Source: a virus
DNA: 64,000 nucleotides
Virus record (IMG/VR): IMGVR_UViG_3300005676_000004
Strand: one strand, 5' to 3'
The first letter of the stretch is position 1; each line of letters begins with the position of its first letter. The position numbers and the translations under genes are program-made. Below are positions 47,693 to 56,154 of the stretch, piece after piece. The notes beneath the pieces were generated by a model. The model was given only the letters and a program-made list of their open reading frames with translations, was not told the DNA's origin and searched no databases.

Positions 47693-49422
47693 TGTCATTT
47701 CAATACGGAAATAGTGTGTCGTTAATTTGGAAACGCTTGAAGAAAGGTGAATACACCGTAAAACCTTTTCCCGTTTTCAAGCGTTGGGAAATTACATCTG
47801 ATAGTTCAAGTTTAAACTATTCCGGTAACCGAGGTATATCAGTACTTAGAGTCTTGTACCCTGAAAATCATAAGTACTTTGGCGGCGTAGCAAACATTTC
47901 ATCCTCAAACTATGTTCGCGTCATGCCAAGTCAATCTATTGATCCAAAACTTTTGTGGTATTATTTAGATCATAACTATTATACTCGGCATGATAAGAGT
48001 AAGTATCCAACGGTGTTTACCGATGATAGTCGAGATACGTTTTTAGCGGAGTCATCATCAATGATCATCATACCACAAGATGTTTTCGGAGAGGGTGTAA
48101 AGCGAAACTCATTTGAGGTTTCTAATCTTCACGCGACATCTGCGAGTTTGCGGTTTGTGGTTGTTGATGACGGGGATGGAAACCTAGTCGATACATCTAT
48201 CAATACGGCATCCTTTAAGGGAACGACTGACCTACAACTATATGTGGGGTTTAATGAGAAATACCGTGAATATGGAATGACTAATAAGTTACTGCACTAT
48301 GTATTGGATTTCTCACCATTTGAGTCTGATGTTAGACTAGTCAATCACAAACGAATTGAATATCGTCCTGGCATTCCCACAACAGATACAAGTCAGAGTA
48401 CAGGAACATGTGCTTATTTCTATGGATCATATCTTCAGATACCAGAGAAAGATAAATTCAATTATGGACGTGCTGCTGACTTTTCCATAGGGTTTTGGGT
48501 GAGTTGTAGCGTATCACAGTCGCTGTCAACCGAAATCACTACACCGATCGTAGATAAGAAATCATTCCGTTCGGTAGATACAGAAAATTTACGAACTAGG
48601 ATGGTATCGTCGTCACTTCGTAATGAAGTTAGCTCTAAGTATCCATTTGACATATCGCTTACGAATGAAACACACTCAACCCCTGGCCGCTTGTTGTTTA
48701 AGAGAAGCACTGGTAATGAGTACGTTGAACTCATATCAACGGTAGCTGTTACGGGATCGTGGCATCATGTTATATGCCAAAAATCTAGTAGTACATATCA
48801 ACTATGGATAGATGGACAACTTGATGTTACTGCGTCGTTTGAATCTATGAACTCCGTTATGAATGATAGCATACTAACTATTGCGTCAAATGGAACTTCG
48901 TCGTTTAATGGCTATATTGATGAGTTTAGAATCTACGACTCAAGTCTATCCTCGGCTCAAATCACTAGCCTAGCTACGAATACGCTAGCAAATGGATCAG
49001 CATACCAAACCAATCGGATTGGTAACATATTTTATAAAACTGGTATAGCGGTTGTTTCTGATCCTAGGCCTAAGTATCATAACGCGTTTTTGGGTAGAAC
49101 TGGAAATCAAGACTATGAGAACACTTCGTATGGATATAGTGGTTCATTTAGAGGTACTACTACATTGTTTGAGCATGAGGTGATATGTAAGTTGCGAAGA
49201 AGTGAATTTAACTTCACACAAAATCAATCTGTTCGCAAGAACGGCGACCCGTCGTCTCAAGTAGTTGCTGACTATGCAACTGGCTCATTATTCAACCCAT
49301 ACATCACTACGATAGGGCTGTATAATGATAATCATCAACTTGTTGCGGTTGCAAAACTAGCAAGTCCCCTTGAGAAGCGAGATGATGTTGACATGAACAT
49401 CATCATTCGGTTTGACTCCTAA
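47692..49422 (+). CDS. tail/baseplate paralog family member 5 with a LamG/concanavalin-like domain
   Basis: DFSIGFWV, WHHVICQ, LWIDG, FNGYIDEFRIYD; C-terminal YITTIGLYND..LVAVAKL..P. Confidence 0.8.
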   Translation: MSFQYGNSVSLIWKRLKKGEYTVKPFPVFKRWEITSDSSSLNYSGNRGISVLRVLYPENHKYFGGVANISSSNYVRVMPSQSIDPKLLWYYLDHNYYTRHDKSKYPTVFTDDSRDTFLAESSSMIIIPQDVFGEGVKRNSFEVSNLHATSASLRFVVVDDGDGNLVDTSINTASFKGTTDLQLYVGFNEKYREYGMTNKLLHYVLDFSPFESDVRLVNHKRIEYRPGIPTTDTSQSTGTCAYFYGSYLQIPEKDKFNYGRAADFSIGFWVSCSVSQSLSTEITTPIVDKKSFRSVDTENLRTRMVSSSLRNEVSSKYPFDISLTNETHSTPGRLLFKRSTGNEYVELISTVAVTGSWHHVICQKSSSTYQLWIDGQLDVTASFESMNSVMNDSILTIASNGTSSFNGYIDEFRIYDSSLSSAQITSLATNTLANGSAYQTNRIGNIFYKTGIAVVSDPRPKYHNAFLGRTGNQDYENTSYGYSGSFRGTTTLFEHEVICKLRRSEFNFTQNQSVRKNGDPSSQVVADYATGSLFNPYITTIGLYNDNHQLVAVAKLASPLEKRDDVDMNIIIRFDS

Positions 49423-49453
49423 TTTGGTTTAGTCAACTTTTTTTCGTAGATTG
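49423..49453 (+). promoter_or_regulatory. putative early promoter, near match to the Bacteroidota consensus
   Basis: TTTG (49423-26), 20 nt, TAGATTG; shares the TTTTTCG pre-box with 10814 and 16164. Confidence 0.55.
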
Positions 49454-49508
49454 TCACTCGCGGTGTACTACCTATACCTTTTGCTGTTTGCTAAAACCGT
49501 AGGATATT

Positions 49509-52500
49509 ATGAAATTAATGCCAAAGACTGTTTTGAGGTCTGATAGAATTACCGAAATTTCTAGGGTAATTCACGTAGCCGATGTCCATATCCGCAACTA
49601 CATTAGACATGACGAATATGGGGCTGTGTTCAAAAGATTGTATCAGCAATGTGAAGAGATAGTATCAAACGATAGCAATACTATTATCTATCTCGCCGGA
49701 GACATAGTTCACGCTAAGACTGATATGAGTCCTGAACTAATTGATGTTACTAGGACGTTCATACAGACTATGGCATCAATTGCTCCTGTCATATTGATAC
49801 CTGGTAATCACGATTGTAATCTAAACAATCCGAATCGGTTGGATGCGTTGACTCCGATAGTAGATTCGATTGACATACCCGACCTATTCTACTTAAAGAA
49901 TAGCGGAGTCTTTCAACTAGCGGGAGTTGATTTCATTCACAATTCAGTGTTTGACGATCCGAGTCAGTTTATACGTGCGAATGAAATTGATGGCAACACT
50001 ACGAAAATTGTTTTGTTTCACGGTGCGCTCAATAATGCTGTAAATGACCAAGGATTTCATTTAGAAAATGAGAATATAACGTTAGATATTTTCTCTGGGT
50101 TTGATTATGGATTCTTTGGAGACATTCATACCTTTCAATACCTAGATGATTCAAAGAGATTTGCGTATGCAGGATCGCTCATTCAACAGAATTTTGGGGA
50201 ATCACTTCAGCATGGTTTCATTGAGTGGGATATAAAAAATTCTACTAGTAAATTTCACCGTGTTAAGAATGATTGGGGCTATCATACCATTGATGTTGAA
50301 AACGGACAGATCGCAGAGCAAATTGAGTTGAGTCCGATTAGCAGAGTTCGTATACGGACATTCAATACTACTAGCTCCGATCTATTCAAGATTGTAACAA
50401 AAATTAAGACACTGTATACAATTGAAGATTTGCGAGTTCAAAAGTTCTCCGAATCTATTGAAGTCATGTCGGAGGATTCAAAGAACATATCATTAGTGAA
50501 CGTTCGTGATGTTGAATACCAGAACTCCTTAATTGCAGATTATGTACGTAAGACGTTTCAAGCAGACGATACCGCCGTGGCCTCGGTAATAGACATCAAT
50601 CGAGAGATTAATCATAGGTTGACAGTCAATTCGTCACTACGAAATGTAGTATGGACTCCTATTAAGTTTGAGTTCAGCAACATGTTTTCGTACGGAGAGA
50701 ACAATGTAATAAATTTTGATAAGCTACATGGGACGTATGGCATATTTGCCCCGAACGCATCTGGAAAGTCGTCTATACTTGACTCACTGATGTTCTGTAT
50801 TTTTGACAAATGTTCGCGTTCGTTTAAAGCAAGTCAAGTGCTGAATAACAAGAAAGATGAATTTTGGTGTAAACTACAGTTTAAGATAGGTGATAAAAAA
50901 TTCTTCATTGAGCGTTCTGGGAAGAAGAGTAGGTCTGGCCATGTAAAAGTGACTGTTGACTTTTGGTATGAAGATCAGGAAGGTCAGAAGCAATCTCTAA
51001 ATGGCGAAGATAGGGATGGAACTAACTTTGCAATTCGTAGTTATCTCGGGACATACGATGACTTTATCATTACGACGATGTCTCTACAAAAAGATAACAC
51101 AAACTTCATTGATAAACAACAGCGTGAACGAAAAGACTTACTAGCACAGTTTCTAGATTTAAATGTCTTTGAAGAGTTACAGCTAATTGCAACCGAAGAT
51201 AGTAAAGAAGTCCAGGCGGTAATGAAGAAGTTTGCTGGGGAAGAGTACTCAACTCAGATAGCAAATACTAGTGAATCGTTATTAACAAATCGTAAAAAAT
51301 TACAAGAATTGACAGAAACCAAAGATCAGTTAGTTCGTAAGATTCTTGATACAAACGATGTTGTGTTGGATTTGACTAAGCAACTTCATAAGGTTGACGG
51401 CAACTCTATGAATATTGACGTTAACGCGGAGACGCAAAACATCACAGATTCAAATGAAAAATTGTCAACTATACACGAAAAAATTTTAGATGTTGAGGCT
51501 CAAAAGCAACAGTTTGAAGCTGGCGTTCTAGAATTAAAAGCAAAGTTAGATGAGTACGATTCTAACGATATAGCTGAACGGAAGCAGAAGTTAGAAGATG
51601 CTAGCTCAAAACTTTCTGAACTTCGGACGTCTAAAATGAAGTTATCAACTGCAATACAAAACTTGAATGAGAAGGTTGAATCCTTAGAGAAATTTGAGTA
51701 TGATCCGGACTGTAAATTTTGCGTGGAGAACATCTTCGTTAAGGACGCTCTGCGGGCTAAGGAGTCTTTGCCTACGAAGATGCTTGAGCTTGCTGAGGTT
51801 GAATCTAATATAGTAACAACGAGTGAAATTAAGGAGTCACTATCATCAGTTTTGGATTCGGTTGCTAAGGTTAACGACCTCAACACCAAGATTATACGAG
51901 CGTATGACGTCATAAAGAAACTTGAAGGTGAGTTATCTACATTACACAGGATGTCTTCGCAGTTGAAGGAATCTATAGTTGCTTCGGAAAAGAAAATTTC
52001 AATGTACAATGAGAATCAAGATTCAATTGAACACAACAGGACTCTTGAACTGCGAATAGATCAATTGCAACTTGAGAGAGACCAGTTTACGGCATCACTT
52101 CAGTCAACCGAAAGTTCCATAGTATCGACGTCAAACCGTGTGTCTGTTATGGAACGAGAGATAAAAGAGTGTACTGATGCGTTAGCTGAATTGAAAATTC
52201 TTGAGCAAAAGCAAGCTGCTTTTGACATGTATTTAGCTGCTGTGAACAGAAATGGAGTCCCATACGATCTGATAGGGTCTATCATTCCTAGAATACAAAA
52301 TGAGGTTAACAGTATACTGTCTCAGATTGTAGACTTTGAGATTTTGTTTGAGACTGATGGAAAGAGTATAAATGCTTACATTGTCTACGGGGAGGAAGAT
52401 TTTTGGCCCCTTGAAATGACGTCGGGGATGGAGCGGTTCATATCGTCTCTTGCAATTCGTACGGCATTGATTAACGTCTCTACGTTGTCTCACCCGAATT

Positions 52501-52691
52501 TCATAGTCATTGACGAGGGCTTTGGTGTCTTAGATTCCAACAATTTGAACTCGTTGTACTCGTTGTTTGACTACTTAAAGACGAATTTTGACTTCATTTT
52601 TGTTATCTCACACCTAGATGCGTTGCGGGATATAATGGATAACATCGTTGATATTCAAAAAATTGATGGAGTTTCCATGCTTCAGTACTGA
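49509..52691 (+). CDS. fused Mre11/SbcD nuclease - Rad50/SbcC ATPase (T4 gp47-gp46 fusion)
   Basis: ADVH, GDIVH, GNHD, GDIH phosphoesterase motifs; Walker A PNASGKSS; Zn-hook CKFC; signature TSGME; Walker B VIDEGFG.LD; ISH; all in one 1060-aa ORF. Confidence 0.92.
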   Translation: MKLMPKTVLRSDRITEISRVIHVADVHIRNYIRHDEYGAVFKRLYQQCEEIVSNDSNTIIYLAGDIVHAKTDMSPELIDVTRTFIQTMASIAPVILIPGNHDCNLNNPNRLDALTPIVDSIDIPDLFYLKNSGVFQLAGVDFIHNSVFDDPSQFIRANEIDGNTTKIVLFHGALNNAVNDQGFHLENENITLDIFSGFDYGFFGDIHTFQYLDDSKRFAYAGSLIQQNFGESLQHGFIEWDIKNSTSKFHRVKNDWGYHTIDVENGQIAEQIELSPISRVRIRTFNTTSSDLFKIVTKIKTLYTIEDLRVQKFSESIEVMSEDSKNISLVNVRDVEYQNSLIADYVRKTFQADDTAVASVIDINREINHRLTVNSSLRNVVWTPIKFEFSNMFSYGENNVINFDKLHGTYGIFAPNASGKSSILDSLMFCIFDKCSRSFKASQVLNNKKDEFWCKLQFKIGDKKFFIERSGKKSRSGHVKVTVDFWYEDQEGQKQSLNGEDRDGTNFAIRSYLGTYDDFIITTMSLQKDNTNFIDKQQRERKDLLAQFLDLNVFEELQLIATEDSKEVQAVMKKFAGEEYSTQIANTSESLLTNRKKLQELTETKDQLVRKILDTNDVVLDLTKQLHKVDGNSMNIDVNAETQNITDSNEKLSTIHEKILDVEAQKQQFEAGVLELKAKLDEYDSNDIAERKQKLEDASSKLSELRTSKMKLSTAIQNLNEKVESLEKFEYDPDCKFCVENIFVKDALRAKESLPTKMLELAEVESNIVTTSEIKESLSSVLDSVAKVNDLNTKIIRAYDVIKKLEGELSTLHRMSSQLKESIVASEKKISMYNENQDSIEHNRTLELRIDQLQLERDQFTASLQSTESSIVSTSNRVSVMEREIKECTDALAELKILEQKQAAFDMYLAAVNRNGVPYDLIGSIIPRIQNEVNSILSQIVDFEILFETDGKSINAYIVYGEEDFWPLEMTSGMERFISSLAIRTALINVSTLSHPNFIVIDEGFGVLDSNNLNSLYSLFDYLKTNFDFIFVISHLDALRDIMDNIVDIQKIDGVSMLQY

Positions 52692-52697
52692 CGATGA

Positions 52698-52745
52698 AGT
52701 TCCTCTAATGGGATATTTATAGGTATCCCCAAACCTAGAGGAACT
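52698..52745 (+). promoter_or_regulatory. hairpin containing the putative late-promoter motif and the RBS of 52747
   Basis: AGTTCCTCTA/TAGAGGAACT 10-bp stem plus inner GGGATA/TATCCC stem; GATATTTATA in the inner stem and loop; GAGGA in the 3' arm. Confidence 0.75.
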
Positions 52746-52746
52746 A

Positions 52747-55476
52747 ATGCAAGAAAAGAAACGAAATAAGAAAAGTCTGGATAAGGTTGTTACGAGATTT
52801 ATAGACGTCTCGTCGCAAACCTCCCCAGACTTTTTTAATATCGTAGACATTCCAGCCCAACTTACTGCTGGAAAAAATGTCATTAAGCTCAATCCATTGT
52901 TGTCTAGATTCTCAACGAAAGACCCAATTCAGATTGAGGTTTTGGATGCTAATGGTGATCAAATTTATCATGAGGTGTTGACATACAAGGATGAAGATGA
53001 TTCCATCTATGTAGTCGTATATATCTATGAGACAACTCCCGCTGGAAATGCTACTCTGACAATACTCGGTAGTATTGTGGTGGATGAGGAGTTAAAGTCA
53101 ATACCACCGAATGAATTAAAATCTAATAATTTCAAGTTTCAGCGTAGGATTTACGTCAATCCAATAAAGGTCAATAACTCTGACCTTATTCACATTGACG
53201 AGCCAAATGTTACTATTGAGGAACGTAGATTTTCAATTGTAGAGGAGCAGTTCCTTACTAGGAAGATTGGTGTGAATCTCGGTTCTGGTTCGTATGTGCT
53301 AAACAGCGAGTATCCGTCATTTTTTTCCATAACATCTCCATTTACGAAGGATATGGAAGGCGGCACGATACGCTTTAAAAGTTTAGGATCAAATTATCAA
53401 CCAGCGGCACAATTTACAACTGGAAGTTTTCAGTACACTTCTGAGATTAGAGAAGTGTTGACTCCAAATCACATGATTCTTGAGGACCCAGCTTATGTTC
53501 ACGGTAGCGTTGATCAGATACAGAGAATTTTACAGATACCAAGGCAACAATATGAGATAACGCACTCGCTCACTCCTAACAGCCAATTGATTACACAGAA
53601 TGTCAAGTCGTATGCAAAGATTGATGTCGATGGATTAGACCCAGATTCTGGAACCGTTGATCGTATTAAAGTCTTCTACAAGACAACGTTTAAGCCAAAA
53701 AGTGATTATGAATTAGTTTACGATGAACTAGTTACTCCTAGAAATTTACTCGTAGATACGAATTCAGATACAGTTGAATATGAGTTCGGTGTATTCAAAG
53801 GCACGGAGACCTTTTACGTCCCAACTAACCCAGCACCGATGATACGTAACGCCGTTAACTATTGGTCTGGAACTGTGGTAGGTCAGTTAGGTGCAGCTAA
53901 TCTCACGACCAATAATACAAATTTGTTTGGGTCGTTAGTAGTTACAACATCAGTCCCAATTTCAGGATCAACTGAAATTCATTTGCGTCATACTGCTAGT
54001 ATAAACGTTCCGTTCTATACTGATACGACGTATAAAGTTTTGGTCGATTACTTTATTGATACTACAACACTTGATGCTCGTGGCCCAAAACTTGATTTCT
54101 ATCTAACTGGAAGTGCGTTCGTAAATAACTCAGCGTACGGTAAACATGTAGGCTCTATTCCCTCAAGCTCTCAGTATGAGACTATTAAATTGGGTTATGA
54201 AGTACCATTTACGCCCGATAATGATGGCACTGGCCGATTGATGATGTCAATACGAGAAGGTGTCATTATATCTAATATCAGAATAGTAGAGGATGTTCAG
54301 AGAGGTTTCACTCCGAATCGAACTAGATTATACGTTCCAATTAGTCAACATCATAGAAGTGAGTATCTAGATTTTAAAATAGAATTCTTTAACAATGACA
54401 TGAAGCAAGGAAACGTTTCGGTTGAAGTTAAAGACACACTATTTCTTGGTGGTAACAACTACATCTATGGTTCTGATAACTTAGTTACTGGCTCACAATA
54501 TTTGTCCCCGTTCACATCTAGTGGCATACAGTTAGCAGCAGACATTGCTTTCACGGGGTCTCAGTATGTTAGTGGCTCTACTATTAAGAGTTATGGTTAT
54601 GGTGGTCTTAGTCAAGCAATTAATAACCCCAGTGATAATTCAAAGTTTGGATGGGGTCTTACCACACACGATCCATATGTGACTGGCGTTGACACTGGAA
54701 AAAGTGTTCAAATGATAAACGAATGTGGTTCTGTGTTTGAGCATAGGTCATCACCGCCATCCATGAAACTTTTTATGGTAGGTCAGAACTCTAGATTTGT
54801 TGTTGGTTGCAGTGGATCGTCTGCGCAAATTGGAGACGGCTCCCCAGCCGCCGACTGTTGTAATGGTACGTGCGGCGATTCATACGTTAAGTGGGATGGC
54901 TGTAAGATAATAATCAAGGGTGCAGTCGATGAGAACGGAAATCCTATAGGTGCTGGTAGTGGGTCATCGGGTCAAGATGGGCAAGATGGTTCTAGTGGAA
55001 CTAGTGGTAGTAGTGGTGGTAATGGAACTAGCGGATCGTCTGGACAAAACGGCTCATCGGGAACATCCGGCGGTAGCGGTACTAGTGGCTCCTCGGGATC
55101 AAGCGGTTCTTCCGGTAGTAGTGGATCATCGGGATCATCGGGATCAAGCGGTTCTACGGGAACGTCTGGCTCAAGTGGTTCTAGCGGAACTAGCGGCACT
55201 AGTGGAAGCAGTGGAAGCAGTGGCACTAGTGGAAGCAGTGGAACTAGCGGATCGTCTGGAACAAGTGGTTCTAGTGGAACTAGTGGTAGTAGTGGAAGCA
55301 GTGGAACTAGCGGATCATCTGGAAGTAGCGGGGCCGATGGCACTATGACAGATTGTTGTGATTGCGTCCCATTAATGGCTGAAGTGGTTCAATGGGTAAA
55401 TTCGGGAATGCCTTCATCCGTTACACCTGGAACATTCCCATTGTTGCATAACTGCGGATATGTAACATGGTCTTAA
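52747..55476 (+). CDS. large virion/fibre protein with a C-terminal Gly-X-Ser collagen-like repeat
   Basis: About 40+ consecutive G-[S/T/Q]-[S/D/N] triplets at about 54950-55340, flanked by Cys-Cys motifs. Confidence 0.85.
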   Translation: MQEKKRNKKSLDKVVTRFIDVSSQTSPDFFNIVDIPAQLTAGKNVIKLNPLLSRFSTKDPIQIEVLDANGDQIYHEVLTYKDEDDSIYVVVYIYETTPAGNATLTILGSIVVDEELKSIPPNELKSNNFKFQRRIYVNPIKVNNSDLIHIDEPNVTIEERRFSIVEEQFLTRKIGVNLGSGSYVLNSEYPSFFSITSPFTKDMEGGTIRFKSLGSNYQPAAQFTTGSFQYTSEIREVLTPNHMILEDPAYVHGSVDQIQRILQIPRQQYEITHSLTPNSQLITQNVKSYAKIDVDGLDPDSGTVDRIKVFYKTTFKPKSDYELVYDELVTPRNLLVDTNSDTVEYEFGVFKGTETFYVPTNPAPMIRNAVNYWSGTVVGQLGAANLTTNNTNLFGSLVVTTSVPISGSTEIHLRHTASINVPFYTDTTYKVLVDYFIDTTTLDARGPKLDFYLTGSAFVNNSAYGKHVGSIPSSSQYETIKLGYEVPFTPDNDGTGRLMMSIREGVIISNIRIVEDVQRGFTPNRTRLYVPISQHHRSEYLDFKIEFFNNDMKQGNVSVEVKDTLFLGGNNYIYGSDNLVTGSQYLSPFTSSGIQLAADIAFTGSQYVSGSTIKSYGYGGLSQAINNPSDNSKFGWGLTTHDPYVTGVDTGKSVQMINECGSVFEHRSSPPSMKLFMVGQNSRFVVGCSGSSAQIGDGSPAADCCNGTCGDSYVKWDGCKIIIKGAVDENGNPIGAGSGSSGQDGQDGSSGTSGSSGGNGTSGSSGQNGSSGTSGGSGTSGSSGSSGSSGSSGSSGSSGSSGSTGTSGSSGSSGTSGTSGSSGSSGTSGSSGTSGSSGTSGSSGTSGSSGSSGTSGSSGSSGADGTMTDCCDCVPLMAEVVQWVNSGMPSSVTPGTFPLLHNCGYVTWS

Positions 55477-55490
55477 TATTGAGGTAACCT

Positions 55491-56117
55491 ATGATAAGTG
55501 CATCTATTAGTATGAGTGTAGTTCACTCCTATTCGCAGCAACCGCTGGAAACATATCCAGGGGCAGCATACCCGACGGGATCATTCTATTACAATTCAGC
55601 ATCTGGCTCCGCATTTATTTATAACGGTAATCGGTTTGTAAATTTGTTTGGTTCGTCTGGTACAAGTGGACAGTCTGGTACGTCGGGGACAAGTGGTCAA
55701 AATGGTACGAGTGGAACTAGTGGTACTAGCGGAACTAGTGCTGGTAGCGGTTCTTTAGTCCTCATATATCACGACGAAACTGCAATTACAGATACGGTCA
55801 CTAACTCAAATGCTAAAACGTATACATTGGCATCCAATACATATAGTAAAATTTTAGCAGAGACCGAAATATTTTTACGATCTCAGGCGGACACCCAATC
55901 CATAGTTCAGTTTCAATTATTTATGTCCGGAAGTTTAGCACGAGCACTTACGCTACGGGCAGATGCTACTGGAACTGGTGACGTGTTTACGGATGGTACT
56001 ATAATCAAATATATTAGACCACTAGCCACTGGAGGTGACATAGAAGTAAAAGTTACTGTAAACGCTGGAGCTGGAACATGGACAGTTGAATCGCTTAGAG
56101 TCTATGGCATAACTTGA
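55491..56117 (+). CDS. fibre-associated protein with a short Gly-Thr-Ser repeat
   Basis: About 10 GTS/GQS triplets; GAGG upstream. Confidence 0.8.
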   Translation: MISASISMSVVHSYSQQPLETYPGAAYPTGSFYYNSASGSAFIYNGNRFVNLFGSSGTSGQSGTSGTSGQNGTSGTSGTSGTSAGSGSLVLIYHDETAITDTVTNSNAKTYTLASNTYSKILAETEIFLRSQADTQSIVQFQLFMSGSLARALTLRADATGTGDVFTDGTIIKYIRPLATGGDIEVKVTVNAGAGTWTVESLRVYGIT

Positions 56118-56124
56118 TATTTAT
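56116..56124 (+). promoter_or_regulatory. GATATTTAT motif (putative late promoter)
   Basis: At the stop of 55491..56117, 30 nt upstream of 56155. Confidence 0.5.
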
Positions 56125-56154
56125 AGATAATACCTTACTACCGAGAGAAATGGA

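Noticed and set aside
54950-55348. Alternative-frame and minus-strand ORFs (54950..55348 +, 54972..55343 -) with LVV/PLV repeats
   Set aside because: They are shadows of the Gly-Ser-Ser/Thr codon repeat in 52747..55476; repetitive codons simply lack stops in other frames
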